A stretch of 64,000 bases of DNA, from positions 324,384,001 through 324,448,000 of the forward strand of contig OZ024740.1 of assembly GCA_964016885.1 (NCBI GenBank), in the 5' to 3' direction. The translations under genes and the position numbers were made by a program. The notes beneath the pieces are model-generated. The model was not told the origin of the DNA. It did not search any database and worked only from the letters and a program-made list of their open reading frames with translations. How positions within the stretch are numbered: the first letter of the stretch is position 1; each line of letters begins with the position of its first letter. The stretch comes from Eledone cirrhosa (lineage: Eukaryota). Positions 1-14,709 of this stretch are shown here, one piece after another.

Positions 1-553
1 AGTATAGTATAGTATAGTATAGTATAGTATAGTATAGTATAGTATAGTATAGTATAGTATAGTATAGTATCGGATAGTATAGTATAGTATAGTATAGTAT
101 AGTATAGTATAGTGTAGTATAGTATAGTATAGTATAGTGTAGTATAGTATCGTATAGTGTAGTATAGTATAGTATAGTATAGTATAGTGTAGTATAGTAT
201 AGTATAGTATAGTATAGTATAGTGTAGTATAGTATAGTGTAGTATAGTATAGTATAGTATAGTGTAGTATAGTATAGTGTAGCATAGTATAGTTTAATTT
301 AGTATAGTTTAGTTTAATATAGTGTAGTATATTATAGTTTAGTATAATATAGTATAGTGTAGTATAGTGTAGTAATGTGTAGTATAATATAGTGTAGTAT
401 AGTTTAGTGTAGTGTAGTATAGTATAGTGTAGTATAGATAGCAGTGCCCCAGCATGGCGTCAGCTTTTAGTCTCGAACATGTAATAGCGTAATATAGTAT
501 AGTATAGTATAGTATAGTATAGTATAGTATAGTATAGTATAGTATAGTATAGT
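1..553. repeat. (TATAG)n pentanucleotide microsatellite, running off the window start
   Basis: agtat units with occasional agtgt variants; short unique interruption at about 440-490. Confidence 0.95.
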
Positions 554-904
554 ATAAAGAGTAAGGCATGAGTGTATAAAATATGGAGAGAGTATATAAA
601 GTGTGTTAAATATATTGAACAGTGAATAGAACGGAACAAAACTTCTTTTTAAGATTGTTTTGAATTGATGAATATAAAGTGATATACACATCATACACAC
701 ACATGCACATACAAACAGCCATATACACACACATACAAGCGTACACACACATACAAGCGTACTCACACATACAATAGTACACACACATACAATCGTACAC
801 ACACCTACATAAACATACGCAAACCACACATAATACTCATGCTTTGGGACCTCCGTCGTTTTCGACGACGAAAGTTCCAATCTCTCGAACAACAGAAAAA
901 AAAA

Positions 905-1130
905 ACCTGCTCGGGAAATTAGTGTGCAAGTGACTGAGCATTCCACAGACACGTGTACTCTTAGCGTAGTTTTGAAAGATATTCAGCCTGACACTGTGTG
1001 ACGAGGTTGAGACTTTGAATTACAGGAACAACTCATGTTTGCCAGCTGAGTGGACTGTCGCAACATAAAATAAAGTATGTTGCTCAAAGACACAACGTAC
1101 TGCTAGAGATCGAACCCACGATTTTATGAA
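905..1130 (-). mobile_element. Degenerate tRNA-derived CORE-type SINE (family S2)
   Basis: Reverse complement contains gttgtgtctttgagcaacatactttattttatgttgcgacagtccactcagctggc, matching the CORE-like centre of the copy at 29857. Confidence 0.7.
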
Positions 1131-2027
1131 AACCCATGATTTTATGTCGGGTTTGTAGATTCTGGGGAGGTATTAGATGGTGGGGACGATGAAGTGGGAG
1201 GAGTTGAGAAGTAGAAGGGAGGCGGAGACGAGGTGTTGGATGGTGGAGGTAACTTGTTGCTGGTAGTGGGGGGGTGGGGTCAGCGAGTAAGGGCGGTAGA
1301 AGAAGGGGTTGCGGAGCTGCCTGAGGGCCTCAGTCGTGTTGAGGTCAATGCGCCAAAGCCACGTGCCTCAAACAATGAACATACACACACATAAGTGTGT
1401 TTTAAGTAAATATATTTGTGTGTGTATATTTCTGTATGTATGGTGAGCGTCTATAGAGAAATAAATGTAAAAATCTCTGAGGATTAAAACAAACATACTT
1501 CACTACAATATGTATATAGAGGGGAATATGTGGAAGAGTTGTAATAAAACGTTCCAGTGTGTATATAAAAATATAATGCATTGGGTGTATATCAGGAGTA
1601 ATTAATACACATAGGAAAATATTGATAGGAAATTTAATATCATAGATGAAGTTCACTGGTTCAATACTCAGCAGGAGACAACGGAAGTTTATGATAAGAT
1701 TATTTTTGAAATTTTGTTATATCGCCATTTTGTCTTTATTTGTTTCCTTCTTCTAACAGATTCTCTTTCCATAAACAGGAAGATTACTCACAGAGAGTGT
1801 GCGAGAGGGTGAGGGATGGGTGGGTGAAGAATGAGGGTTATACGGGGGGGGGGATGGGTAGGGATGAGGGAGTGGAATATGAGAAGAATGGAACAGTCCC
1901 ACCTGTTCTATTTCATGCATGAAACCCTTATCCCGAGGCAGATTTTTTTTTTTTTATGAAAGCAAAACATTAGCAAGAACAACACCCCACGGGCTATTTC
2001 ACTGAACATTGGTTATAGTAATAATAA

Positions 2028-2182
2028 TTATTTCTAATTTATACTCAAGGCCAGTAGTTATAAGCGGAAGGGAAAGTTGATTATATCGTTCCATCGGGAT
2101 TTGAACCAGGACGTTGAAAGCCGCAACTAAATACCGCAAAGCATTTTGTCCAACGTTCTAATGACTCTACTAATCTACCACC
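2028..2182 (-). mobile_element. Diverged, internally deleted tRNA-derived SINE (family S1)
   Basis: attatttcta...caaggccag tail and gggatttgaac B-box region, as in the copy at 21816-22001. Confidence 0.6.
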
Positions 2183-3826
2183 CTAGTTATAGTAGTATTT
2201 GTTGTAGTAGTAGTTGTAGTAGGAGTAGTAGTAGTAGTAGTAGTAGTAGTTGTAGTAGTAGTAGTAGTAATAATACAAACGACTGTTTTGTTAGCCGCTC
2301 TCCACATACACAGAAAAGTACTCAAAAAGGTTCTTTTTGAGATTCGACTAGCTGTAGAAGACCCAGTAACCATCATATTTATTGTAAAAACCATCAATAT
2401 ATACACATGTATATATATATATAAGCAGGGTTATTTATATTCTTGAAACAAGGCTACATTGTTTCAGTAATGCTTGTGTTCAGTAACATTTATCAGAGAA
2501 GGAATATTGAAAGGGTGCGTATTCAGTTTTGAAATATTGGTTAATATAGTGTGTGAGAAGGTGATGCTGCACGTATAACTTGGTAAACACCTCTGTGGGT
2601 TGCGTCTGGTTGTTCGGTGGACTAGATCAGAGTTAACTTAATTTTATGCAACAACAGCAATAACAAATATTCATCGGACGTTTCTCGTTAGAGAGCAGGA
2701 ATTGATCTTTCACTAATGGGACTTTCTTTAATCGAAATTCTATCAACTAAATTTCTGTTAAATCTTACTTAATCTTTGCCCTGTATTTTAGCTACAAATG
2801 TACTCTCACCTGCGACAACTATAACTACTATGTGTATTACACCACTATTCAAGATCTTCGTAACTTTCCATAGGCAGACTTTCCCCCACATACAATATAG
2901 ATACCTCACATCAAACCTGTACAGCTTTTACAATTATAGGTCTCAGACATAATCTTTGAGCTTGTCACATTCAACAAACCAAACACACAATCACTTCACA
3001 TATACAGCCCTTAAGCCGTTAATTAAACTTCGGCAACATTCCCCGACGATTTCATAATCATAATGTAGCAAAAAGAAAAAAAAACTGATTTACAGACTCG
3101 AGCCCTTTTTTGAGCCAGAGTTAGGAAATATTTCAGCTCATAATTTTTGGGCTCACACAAGAGGGACATTGCCGACACCCTGTAAAGTCAGACTGAATAT
3201 TTGACACCACACTCGAAAGCGAAGCCATACGACAAGATTTATTCATTAACCCTTTTCAACTTCTGTCCCACAGACTCGTATCCCACCAGTTAGCCTCTTA
3301 TATCGCCACTATTATGACCTCTACTAATAACTAGCTTGTTAAGTATTACTTTAACGTAAACTTCTGCTCCTGTATACATTATGTGTTACTACTACTCTCA
3401 TCTTAAATACTGTGTCTGTCTTCTCAAACCTCTCACTGAGCACTATGCTATATCCTTTCTCCTTAGAATATGAACTTTCTAGAATGTTCTACTCTACTCA
3501 GATTTTCCATAGTTTCACTGTACAGGTGTTCAAAAGCTGTATCAAACTGTGTCAATATAACTAATAACAGAGGTTCTGTAAAATTCATGGACATTGTCCC
3601 GTGTGTATGAACCCAAACAATATGATTAGTCTCTGAGGGTCTTTGAAACCCATAGACACTACCACTTCCTCCTGATTAAAATCCGATATTATCACCAATC
3701 TCAGAGGTCTGTGAAAACTGAGTTTTGTTCCTTTCGCCTGATTAAAACCAAAAATATTTCGTCTAACTTCAATTTTATTATCATGATTTTTAAAAGTGTA
3801 TAAATAAATAAATGGACATTGAAATA

Positions 3827-4008
3827 CAAGGGTCGGCTGATGAAGATACTCTCATGGAATGACCAAACGAGGTTTATTTTTCAACATAGTCTCTGGAAAG
3901 AAATAATGCAGTTATATATAAAAAGAGTTGAAATTAATGCATGCAAAATTTCACAGCTCTAGCATTACTCCTTCATAGTCAAGCTATAAACTTTTCAGCC
4001 GACCTTCG
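3827..4008. mobile_element. Mariner-type MITE
   Basis: TA-flanked imperfect TIRs (caagggtcggctga / tcagccgaccttcg); second copy in opposite orientation at 57949-58149. Confidence 0.75.
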
Positions 4009-4589
4009 TAAATGCATTTCCAAAATGGCTGCTACTAAAATCATTGCCCCTCGTTTTACATTTCCAGACTGAGGTTAGTTTGTTGGTTATATTACATTAC
4101 GCCCCTTCACCGAAACCCAATATATATATATATATATATATACATACACACAGAACAAGAAGGCTTACGAATAGAACAAAAGCACGCTTTACCTACACAC
4201 ACGCACACACACAAGCACACACACATACACACATATGCACACATACATACATACATAAAGCTGTATCCGTTTAACATTTTGTTTGTCGCAGTCTAAACTG
4301 GTATGGTCTGTTGGCAGCAGACAACAGGATGACAGTGACAGTGATGTGACGGTTCCGATGTAATTCTTATTAGAATGAACTCGTATAATATAGTGGTTTG
4401 GTTCCTGTTTTGGTGGCAAATCACTTAGACTTACAGAGGAAGTGTCATTTAAAAAAACACAACCCACTCGCTGCTGCCATTATTTGTAAAGATATGTCAT
4501 TCTTAGCAGGAAGGAACATCCGCCGTGAGAGATACTTTATGTATTTATCTATGTATTTATTTATTTATTTATTTGGTAAATTAAATATT

Positions 4590-4636
<47 letters not shown>

Positions 4637-4854
4637 TTGTTTGTTTGTTTATCTATTCAAATTTGGTTTCTGGATAGTAAGATGTCCTGAACATGATAAT
4701 GAAGAAATATCTATAGAACGAGTACAAAAAGGTGTGTATATGTACACACACTCACACACACATACATATAGACACCCACATCACGTACTCAGTCATACAC
4801 ACACACACACGCGCGCGCGCATGCACATACTTTATGTATTGTTTTGACTGATGA

Positions 4855-4901
4855 CTGCCTGATGACCCTAGAAACCTACAGGAGAAACTCCAAAGTAACA
4901 G
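4855..4901 (+). ncRNA. Degenerate type I hammerhead ribozyme motif
   Basis: ctgc-CTGATGA-c cct..agg a-GAAA-ct ccaa ag-TA-acag; core intact, GUA cleavage triplet, weak stems with mismatches. Confidence 0.45.
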
Positions 4902-5389
4902 GCCCCTGACTCGACTCTATAAATCTATTAATCTCTACTACGGTATTGAATATTAATTCTCACCACCATCACTAGTAAAAATATATAATCTACATGCAGC
5001 TTGCAATGTGGGATATTCTCTTCGTCACCTATCGACTGTAGATCTCAACAATTTCAGCCCCTTCAGACGGTATCACAGTGCCAAACCGCAGTGATGTTAA
5101 CAAGGAATATCTGTGGCATTGTATCATCCACTTTGTAACACACTTTTCCTTTCGTTATCCAAACAGTCATAGCACCGATCTGTGTTCTGTAACACCTCTT
5201 ATCCAGGGTTTGATGAAGCATGTAGGGGACCTCCTGCTGAAATTTAACAGGGTCCTTGCTTCATATTGCGGTAGCATCAAAATTGTGGACTCATTGATAC
5301 ATTGTGCGGCTCATGACTTTAGTTAAGCCAGCCATTTCCTTAACCTGCCATTGCTCCAATCATCCAGAAAGTGGTATGTTTGCTCACTA

Positions 5390-5463
<74 letters not shown>

Positions 5464-5475
5464 CATATATATATA

Positions 5476-5557
5476 TCGTGAGATTGCTTGTTCAATTCCA
5501 GGAGGGGCCGATGCGTTATGTCGTTGAGTGAGCAAGACATTTTATTTCGCGTTGCCC
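5476..5557 (+). mobile_element. CORE-type SINE fragment (S2)
   Basis: gttcaattcc B-box-like motif followed by gagcaagacattttatttcgcgttgc. Confidence 0.55.
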
Positions 5558-5662
5558 TTTCTGTCAGGAGTTGCAACTGGTAGATAGGTAGATAGTATCA
5601 GCAACAAGGAAAGACCAATGGAAACATATTTAAGATCAAAAGATGGTTAAAAGAGTTCCAAG

Positions 5663-5733
5663 TATTTTATTATGCGCATTTCAAAAACAAATATCATCAT
5701 GGGATGATATCTGCGTTTTCATCAGATAAAATA
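5663..5733 (-). ncRNA. Type I hammerhead ribozyme (PLE terminus, type C)
   Basis: Minus strand: TATTTTAT-CTGATGA-AAAc GCAGATATCATC ccat GATGATATTTGT tTTT-GAAA-TGCGCA-TA/ATAAAATA; 8-bp stem I, long stem II, palindromic stem III ATGCGCAT, AUA site. Confidence 0.85.
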
Positions 5734-5735
5734 GT

Positions 5736-5849
5736 GATACATGATATGAAGCTTAAAAAACACTTGTGGATAGTGAAGTTTTAAATCAACATATGTTGAT
5801 TTAAAACTTCACTATTCACAAGTGTTTTTTAAGCTTCATATCATGTATC
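5736..5849. repeat. 114-bp near-perfect palindrome with no spacer
   Basis: gatacatgatatgaagc...caacat|atgttg...gcttcatatcatgtatc; one mismatch. Confidence 0.95.
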
Positions 5850-5879
5850 CCTTATATCAATATATATATATATATATAT

Positions 5880-6038
<159 letters not shown>

Positions 6039-6198
6039 TACATATAAATACATACATGTACATACATATATATTTAGAACGATCGACAAGGTCCCAGACC
6101 TCATTCACTTACCGAGTGGAGTGGAATTCGTAAAATCGGACATATATATGCATGTATATATATATACATATATATATATGTGTGTGCGTGTGTTTGTA

Positions 6199-6263
<65 letters not shown>

Positions 6264-6266
6264 ATG

Positions 6267-6311
<45 letters not shown>

Positions 6312-6474
6312 GCAACAGTTATTTATTTATTTAATTATCTGTTTCAATCCTCGACTTCTTGACAAAATCGTCTCGAAATATCTTCGTATTATGGGTTATA
6401 CGAGACATATATTGCTAGCTTTCAAATAAATATTTACGTTGTTATTACACAACTACCAACATACATTCATATAC

Positions 6475-6725
6475 ACACATAGGGACGTACTACGCCACTA
6501 CTACAACCATACATATATACTTTTACACATATACACACGGACGGGACGTACTACACGACTATAATTATACATACACACATATACACATATACACATATAC
6601 ACACGGACGGGACATACTATACCACTATAATTATACACGAACACTTACTTATACACATATACACACGTACGAACGCACTACACCACCACTACACATACAT
6701 ACATTCACACACATATACTCACAAA
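6475..6725. repeat. Minisatellite of about 60 bp, 4-5 degenerate units
   Basis: Recurring acacacggacgggacgtactac..ac(c)actataattatac. Confidence 0.75.
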
Positions 6726-6742
6726 CGAACGTAGCGTATATA

Positions 6743-6818
6743 CGGAGTGTTCCTAAAGCATGTATGCACACATCAACAGCATTTTAATCAAAGTGTATAT
6801 ACATTTTTGGGGGACACC

Positions 6819-6821
<3 letters not shown>
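6743..6821. mobile_element. Tiny Tc1/mariner-type MITE (about 80 bp)
   Basis: TA-flanked imperfect TIRs cggagtgttcctaaagcatgtat / atacatttttgggggacaccctg (CAGGGTGTCC-type end). Confidence 0.6.
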
Positions 6822-6880
<59 letters not shown>

Positions 6881-7329
6881 CTAGTTAAGATATTTTCTAC
6901 ATTTGACAGTTATTTGAGACCAGTCTAGCCTCATAATGATAGCGTGTCCATTTAGCAGAGAAAAACCAGCATCTGTTTAGATTAGTGGCTTATCTGTAAT
7001 GTATAGTCAGTAACATATCAGATATTACACCAAATTGAGAGAACACAACAACAACAACAACAAAACAGCCAGAAAATACTGAATTGCCTGTGAGATTTCA
7101 TGTCTTTCGTCTGGACTGTTCCTGATATTTTTGTTGGTGATTTGTTTTAGGAGTTTTTTGTGTGTATGTGTTGATTTTTTTCTTTGTTTTATGTGTCTTT
7201 TTGTTTGGTATGTGTTGATTTTTACCACTATTTAGTTTTGTTCATTCTTTTTATACTCTGGAAGAATGTGCAGTAATGTCGAAAATATATGTTACTAAGG
7301 GCTGTGAGATACCGTGTGACTGTGACTGT

Positions 7330-7830
7330 GTACGTGGTTGTGTATGTGTGTGTATGTGATTGCTTGTGCAATGTGTGAGTGTGGTAATGTATTCTTGCTA
7401 ATACGTGTGTAAGTACGTGTGTGTGAATGTGTGTATGTGTGAGTGTGATGGAGTATTCTTGCTAATACGTGTGTAAGTACGTATGTGTGAGTGTGTGTCT
7501 GTGTATGTGTGAGTGTGGTGGAGTATTCTTGCTAATACGTGTGTAAGTACGTATGTGTGAGTGTGTGTAAGTACGTATGTGTGAGTGTGGTGGAGTATTC
7601 TTGATCGTATGTGTGTAAGTATGTGTGCGTGAGTGCGTGAATCTGTCTGTGTATGTGTGAGTGTGATGGTGTATTCTTGCTAATATGTGTGCAAGTTTGT
7701 GTGTGAATGTGTGTCTGTCTGTGTATGTGTAAGTGAGTATTCTTGCTAGTACGTCTGTACGAGCGTGTGTGATATTTTGTGTGTGTTTGTGTATATGTAT
7801 ATATGTGTATATTAAGGTATCCTTGCTCGT
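7330..7830. repeat. GT-rich minisatellite (units of about 65-90 bp)
   Basis: Recurring gtattcttgctaatacgtgtgtaagtacg. Confidence 0.8.
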
Positions 7831-8984
7831 GTAATGTGAGTGAATATGAGTGTGTATGTGTGTATATGTGTGTATATGAGTGTGTGTGTATGCGTGTGTT
7901 GAGATCGATACCAACTAAAAGACTGCAGATAGCATGATAAATAGCGTGAAGATCGATGAAATAAAGACGGTGTATCAACGGCGGGGGAGGAAATTGGCTA
8001 CTCGGTCGGGGGAAAGATGAGATAGTGTAAATGAAATTATTTGTTGTGGGTGTATATATATAAGTATATACACATACACATACATATATACACGCACACA
8101 CACACACACATATATATATATATGCATGTGTGTGTACGTATGTATTATTGGTACGCTCTTATGAATAATGTATTTATACAACAGGTCTTATGGAATGAAC
8201 AATATACAGAAACAGAGACACAGAAAAACAAAAACAAACATAAAGACTAACAATATAAGAGGTTAAAATGGCGGTGAATTTCTTTATATACTGTTAATGC
8301 CGTCTTTTAGAAAACTGATAAGTCTAAGAATATCTGTATTAACATTGTAAACATATTACTGAAATATGTAAGATGTTAACTAACTGAACTACTAACACCA
8401 ACAACAGCAACAATAACAACAACAGCAATAGTCTGGGAATATCCTTACTTCAACAGAATACTAACAAGAAGCTCTAAAGTATTTCAAATGCAAAAAGTAA
8501 AAAAAAAAAAAAATTAAGAATGGTGTAACATCTACAAACACAAACATTCTATTATATTCTATCAATAATCATCTTTGGGGTGCCACTGTAGATGTTTGAC
8601 TGTGTGTACCACCAGAGTATTTCCATGGGTCGGAAAAATTCTTGGCGGTGTCCATCTCCTTTCCAAGCTTTCGGACGTTCACTAAGTTTAGCCTGATAGC
8701 CGAAGCAGTTACTGGGATTTAGCTGAAAAATGTCATGGAGCTAGAAGTGAGAATCATGTAAGAATTAATGTACAGATCCTTACCTAAAGGTGCCAGTGCC
8801 GGACATCAAAGTATCCTCCTTTCTCGAAATAACCGGTTTTGAGATAATGTTTCTAGAATAACAGTATGTCTGCCATTGCAATAACATCTCATCAAATCAC
8901 TTCACTCTATCTTCAAAGGCACATTAGATAATTAGAGTATGTAAATGGAATTTCATTAGCTTTAACGATGTGGGTTAGAATTGT

Positions 8985-9835
8985 ATGATCAACGGAACGG
9001 ACTAGTTGTTATTTTGAATAAACGTGGTTGAGTATTCCACAGATACATGTACTCATAACGTAATTTTTTGACAGAATTAACGTGGCACTATGTGTGACGA
9101 GGCTGGTCTTTTGAAATATATGTACAGTCCATCTAGTATTACAGTGTAAGTGCTTGAGTATTCCATAGACGAATATGCTCTTAATGCAATTCTCAGGGAG
9201 ATTCAGTGTGATACAGTGTATGACAAGGCTGGCCCTTTGTACAGGTACAGATCATCCGACGGGCTTCCAAACATTATTCATCTAACCAATTTTACTGGCA
9301 AATGTATTATTGGCAAGTGTCGTCACGAGGTTATGGTAAATGAAACTTGCACAACCTGTGACCTTATTATTGCATAGCGAACTTATAAACTATTCAGCAA
9401 TAGTTCCCCTTCAATAAGCATTTTAGTTTAAAAAAATAAGTAAATGGATCTTCATTGGTTTCGACAATGAATATTAGTTATTCGATCAACGGAACGATAT
9501 ACTCATTGAATTACCGTATTTCCCGACGCAGAAGACTCTTCGTCCTCAAGACGCACCCTAATTTTGACAACCAAAAATAAAAAAATAAAAATAATAAACA
9601 ACATTCAACTTCCAGGACGCATGGTAGATTTTTGAGACTTATTTGAGGAAAAAAGTAGCGTCTTCAACGCCGGGAAATACAGTGTATTGTAACTGTTTGA
9701 CCATTCCACAGAGTCGTGCACCCTGAACTTAGTTTTCAGGGAGATTCAGTATGTTGCTGTCTATCACAAAGCTGGTCGTTTAAATTAAAGATAAAAACCA
9801 TCTTGTGTGGTGTAAGTGGCTGATTATTCCACAGA
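8985..9835 (-). mobile_element. Cluster of decayed SINE (S2-related) 3' segments in tandem
   Basis: Repeated gagtattccacagac...gggagattcag...tgtgacaaggctgg, also seen at 920-1020. Confidence 0.6.
9514..9682. mobile_element. pogo/Tigger-type MITE nested in a SINE remnant
   Basis: TIRs ccgtatttcccgacgcagaagac / gtcttcaacgccgggaaatacag with TA at the left end. Confidence 0.7.
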
Positions 9836-10345
9836 CAAAATATTTGAGTATTTTCTGATCATTTTTGAAAATATAAAGTTTGAACCTGTTTCAACATATT
9901 TCTACCAACATCTCGTCTATTACACATATGCATATACCACAGTATTGTATATACTTTTGTACTAAAAGCATGGGTCCTTGTGGTTAATAAAGAAAAGATT
10001 ATGTTGTTGTTCTTATTGTTTTTGTTCAAGTCTTTATATTACTATGACAACAAAAGAAATATATTTCGTTGGCATTCATTTTGGTCGAAGTAATATTAAA
10101 TCACGCTTGACTGGATTATCCGCCAGGGGGCATTCTAGTGAACGAAGTACCAACTAAATTGTAACAAGTTCTGATAATATAAATAAGTATCATAAGAGAC
10201 TCTTGTAATAATCATTGTTTGTTTGTTGTTAAGTTAGTTTAGTGTACATATTATAAATACATACAATATTAAATATACATAGAATAATACTGTGATACTA
10301 TTTAACACATCAAATCACAAACGGAATAACGTGCATATATATCAT

Positions 10346-10420
<75 letters not shown>

Positions 10421-10431
10421 CACACACATAT

Positions 10432-10478
<47 letters not shown>

Positions 10479-10536
10479 TTGCTTTGTTATTACGTTTTGC
10501 ACACAAACAAACACACACACACACACACACACACAG

Positions 10537-10576
<40 letters not shown>

Positions 10577-10740
10577 GCACCATCAGAAATCAATAAGCAA
10601 TATAAAGGAAATATATTAATAAACCCTGTATTATTGGATAACAACTGAAGGCAGCAGTTGGATTGTTTTCATCTAAATAATATTTTGTTTCACTTCTAAC
10701 ACACACACACACACACTCATACACATACACACATATTTAT

Positions 10741-10781
<41 letters not shown>

Positions 10782-10799
10782 AAGTACACACACACACAA

Positions 10800-10841
<42 letters not shown>

Positions 10842-10869
10842 TCACAGAGAAACATGCGCACAAACACAT

Positions 10870-10969
10870 ACTCACACAAACACAAACATATATGCACACA
10901 CACACACACTCACACACACACACACACCACACGTATATATATATAAATGTACACACACACGCATATATA

Positions 10970-11015
<46 letters not shown>

Positions 11016-11131
11016 AATACAAACATAGATACACACATACGCACACCCCCACCAACACACACACACACCCGCACACATATATATATATATATAAATATAC
11101 ACACACACGCATATATATATTTATATATATA

Positions 11132-11175
<44 letters not shown>

Positions 11176-11287
11176 AATACAAACATACATACACACATAC
11201 GCACACCCCCACCAACACACACACACACCGGCACATATATATATATATAAATATACACACACACGCATATATATATTTATATATATA

Positions 11288-11363
<76 letters not shown>

Positions 11364-11440
11364 AATACAAACATAGATACACACATACACACACCCCCAC
11401 CAACGCACACACACACACACACACACACATATATTTGTAC
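10870..11440. repeat. Tandem triplication of a microsatellite-mosaic unit of about 160-190 bp
   Basis: cacaaatacaaacatagatacacacatacgcacacccccaccaac recurs at about 11012, 11172 and 11360. Confidence 0.85.
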
Positions 11441-11549
11441 GAACACAATCAGATAATAGCACAAATATACATACACACGGATATAATATCAAATTTATTA
11501 CAAATCATTTTCTAAAAGCTGAGAATAAGGAAGATGGACAGAAGAGAGT

Positions 11550-12800
11550 TGTGTGTGTGTGTGTGTGTGCATGTGAGTGTGTACGTGTGCGTGTGTATAT
11601 GTGCGCGTATGTGTATGTGTGTCTGTGCATGTGAGTGTGTAGATGTGCGTGTGTGTGTGTGTGTGCATGTGAGTGTGCATGTGAGTGTGTACGTGTGCGT
11701 GTGTATATGTGCGCGTATGTGTATGTGCGTCTGTGCATGTGAGTGTGTAGATGTGCGTGTGTGTGCATGTGTGTGTGAGTGTCTGTGCATGTGAGTGTGT
11801 AGATGTGCGTGTGTGTGCATGTGTGTGTGTGTGTGTGCATGTGATTTTGTATGTGTGCGTGTGTATATGTGCGCGTATGTGTATGTGTGTCTGTGCATGT
11901 GAGTGTGTAGATGTGCGTGTGTGCATGTGTGTGTGCATGTGATTTTGTATGTGTGCGTGTGTATATGTGCGCGTATGTGTATGTGTGTCTGTGCATGTGA
12001 GTGTGTAGATGTGCATGTGTGTGTGTGTGCATGTGATTGTGTATATGTGCGTGTGTATATGTGCGCGTATGTGTATGTGTGTCTGTGCATGTGAGTGTGT
12101 AGATGTGCGTGTGTGTGCATGTGTGTGTGTGTGTGCGTGTGTGCATGTGATTTTGTATGTGTGCATGTGTATATGTGCGCGTATGTGTATGTGTGTCTGT
12201 GCATGTGAGTGTGTAGATGTGCATGTGTGTGTGTGCATGTGATTGTGTATATGTGCGTGTGTATATGTGCGCGTATGTGTATGTGTGTCTGTGCATGTGA
12301 GTGTGTAGATGTGCGTGTGTGTGCATGTGTGTGTGTGTGTGTGTGCATGTGATTTTGTATGTGTGCGTGTGTATATGTGCGCGTATGTGTATGTGCGTCT
12401 GTGCATGTGAGTGTGTAGATGTACGTGTGTGTGCATGTGTGTGTGTGTGTGTGTGTGCATGTGATTCTGTATGTGTGCGTGTGTATATGTGCGCGTATGT
12501 GTATGTGTGTCTGTGCATTTGAGTGTGTAGATGTGCGTGTGTGTGTGGATGTGTGTGTGTGTATGTGAGTGTGTATATGTGCGTGTGTGTGCATGTGTGT
12601 GAATGTCTATATGTGCCTCTGTGTGTGTGTGTGTGCATATGAGTGTGTATATGTGCGCCTGTGTGTGTGTGTGTGAATGGTGAGTGTGTAGATGTGCGTG
12701 TGGGTGCATCTGTGTGTGTGCATGCGTGTGTGCATGTGTGTATGTATGTGAATGTGTATATGTGCGTGTGTGTGTGTGTGTGTGTGCATGTGTACGCGCA
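11550..12800. repeat. GT-derived minisatellite, units of about 90-115 bp, roughly 10 copies
   Basis: Recurring gtgtgcgtgtgtatatgtgcgcgtatgtgtatgtgtgtctgtgcatgtgagtgtgtagatgtgc. Confidence 0.9.
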
Positions 12801-12905
12801 TGTGAGTGAATGATTGTTTGTTTGCGTGCGTATATATAAACACACACACATACACACACACATACACACACACATACACACACACACACACACGTATATG
12901 TATAC

Positions 12906-12958
<53 letters not shown>

Positions 12959-13735
12959 TATATATATATATATGTATATATATATATGTGTGTATGTGTG
13001 TGTGTATGTGTGTGTGCGTGTGTGCGTATATATAAACGCACACAAATAAACACTCATTCACACACATCCGCGTACACATGCACACACACGCACACACACG
13101 CACACACTCTCTCTCTCTCACACACACACATATATACACATATATACATATATACATATCAATTAAAAAGATACTTTATATATGCACATGTAAGAGAGAG
13201 GGAAACGTGTGTGGTGGGAGAGGAGAAAGAAATAAGAAAGGGGGAGAGAAAGAGTGTAATATATGATGAAAAGGAGAAAGAAAAAGAAGCAATCATCTAT
13301 AAAAGATGATTTTGTTTGATTCAATCAGCTGATAAGCCAAACACTTGAACATGTAAAGTTGATTCGATATAAAGATCGATATAGATGCTAGCAATACCGA
13401 CCATAAACTGATTATATACATATACTTATATACATATACTTATATACACGCACATAGATATATTCATACATACAGACACGCCTACGCACACATGCACACA
13501 TATACATACATATATATACATACACACACATACACGCATACATGCACACACTCACATTTATATATATATATATGTGTGTACGTGTGTGTGTTTATATATA
13601 TATGTGTGTGTGTGTGTATATATATATATATTTATACATACATACATATGTATGTGTGTGTATATATACATATATATACATACATATACTTATATATATA
13701 AACATAATATACATATATATATATATACATATATA

Positions 13736-13798
<63 letters not shown>

Positions 13799-13867
13799 CT
13801 ATGTGTGTGTACATATATATATATATATGTATATATATAATAATAATGAAAAAATATTATTATATAT

Positions 13868-13975
<108 letters not shown>

Positions 13976-14457
13976 GTACGTATGTGTATATATAAGTGTG
14001 TAATAAACCCTCTCAGGGAAACAAATTATTACACTCTTCGTGTTAGCTGCAAACAAGTGCATGTGTACATGTATTAGCATGTTGCATGTGTTGAGTTGCA
14101 TATGTTAAGTGTCCGTGTACGCTTATGCTCTTGTTTATATACGTGTGTGTGTGTGTGTATACGTTTAATGCTTTTATATATTATGTATATCTACGATCTA
14201 AAGTAATACAAACGCACATACACAAAGACACATACAAAAGGACACACACACACAAAGACACACACACACACACGCACATACACAAGGACACACTCACACA
14301 TACACAAAGACACACACACACACAAAGACACACACACACAAAGACACACACACACACGCACATACACAAAGACACACACATACACACACCCACATACACA
14401 AAGACACATACACACACACACACACTCACACACATACATAGAAACACACGAATATAT

Positions 14458-14538
<81 letters not shown>

Positions 14539-14545
14539 TATATAA

Positions 14546-14589
<44 letters not shown>

Positions 14590-14618
14590 AATACATATAT
14601 ATATACACATATATATAC

Positions 14619-14690
<72 letters not shown>

Positions 14691-14709
14691 GTGTATATAT
14701 ATATGTATT

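Noticed and set aside
1-553. Telomere-like terminal array
   Set aside because: The unit is TATAG, not TTAGGG-like, and the window edge is arbitrary
11550-12800. Regularly spaced repeats resembling a CRISPR array
   Set aside because: No unique spacers, no cas genes, eukaryotic context
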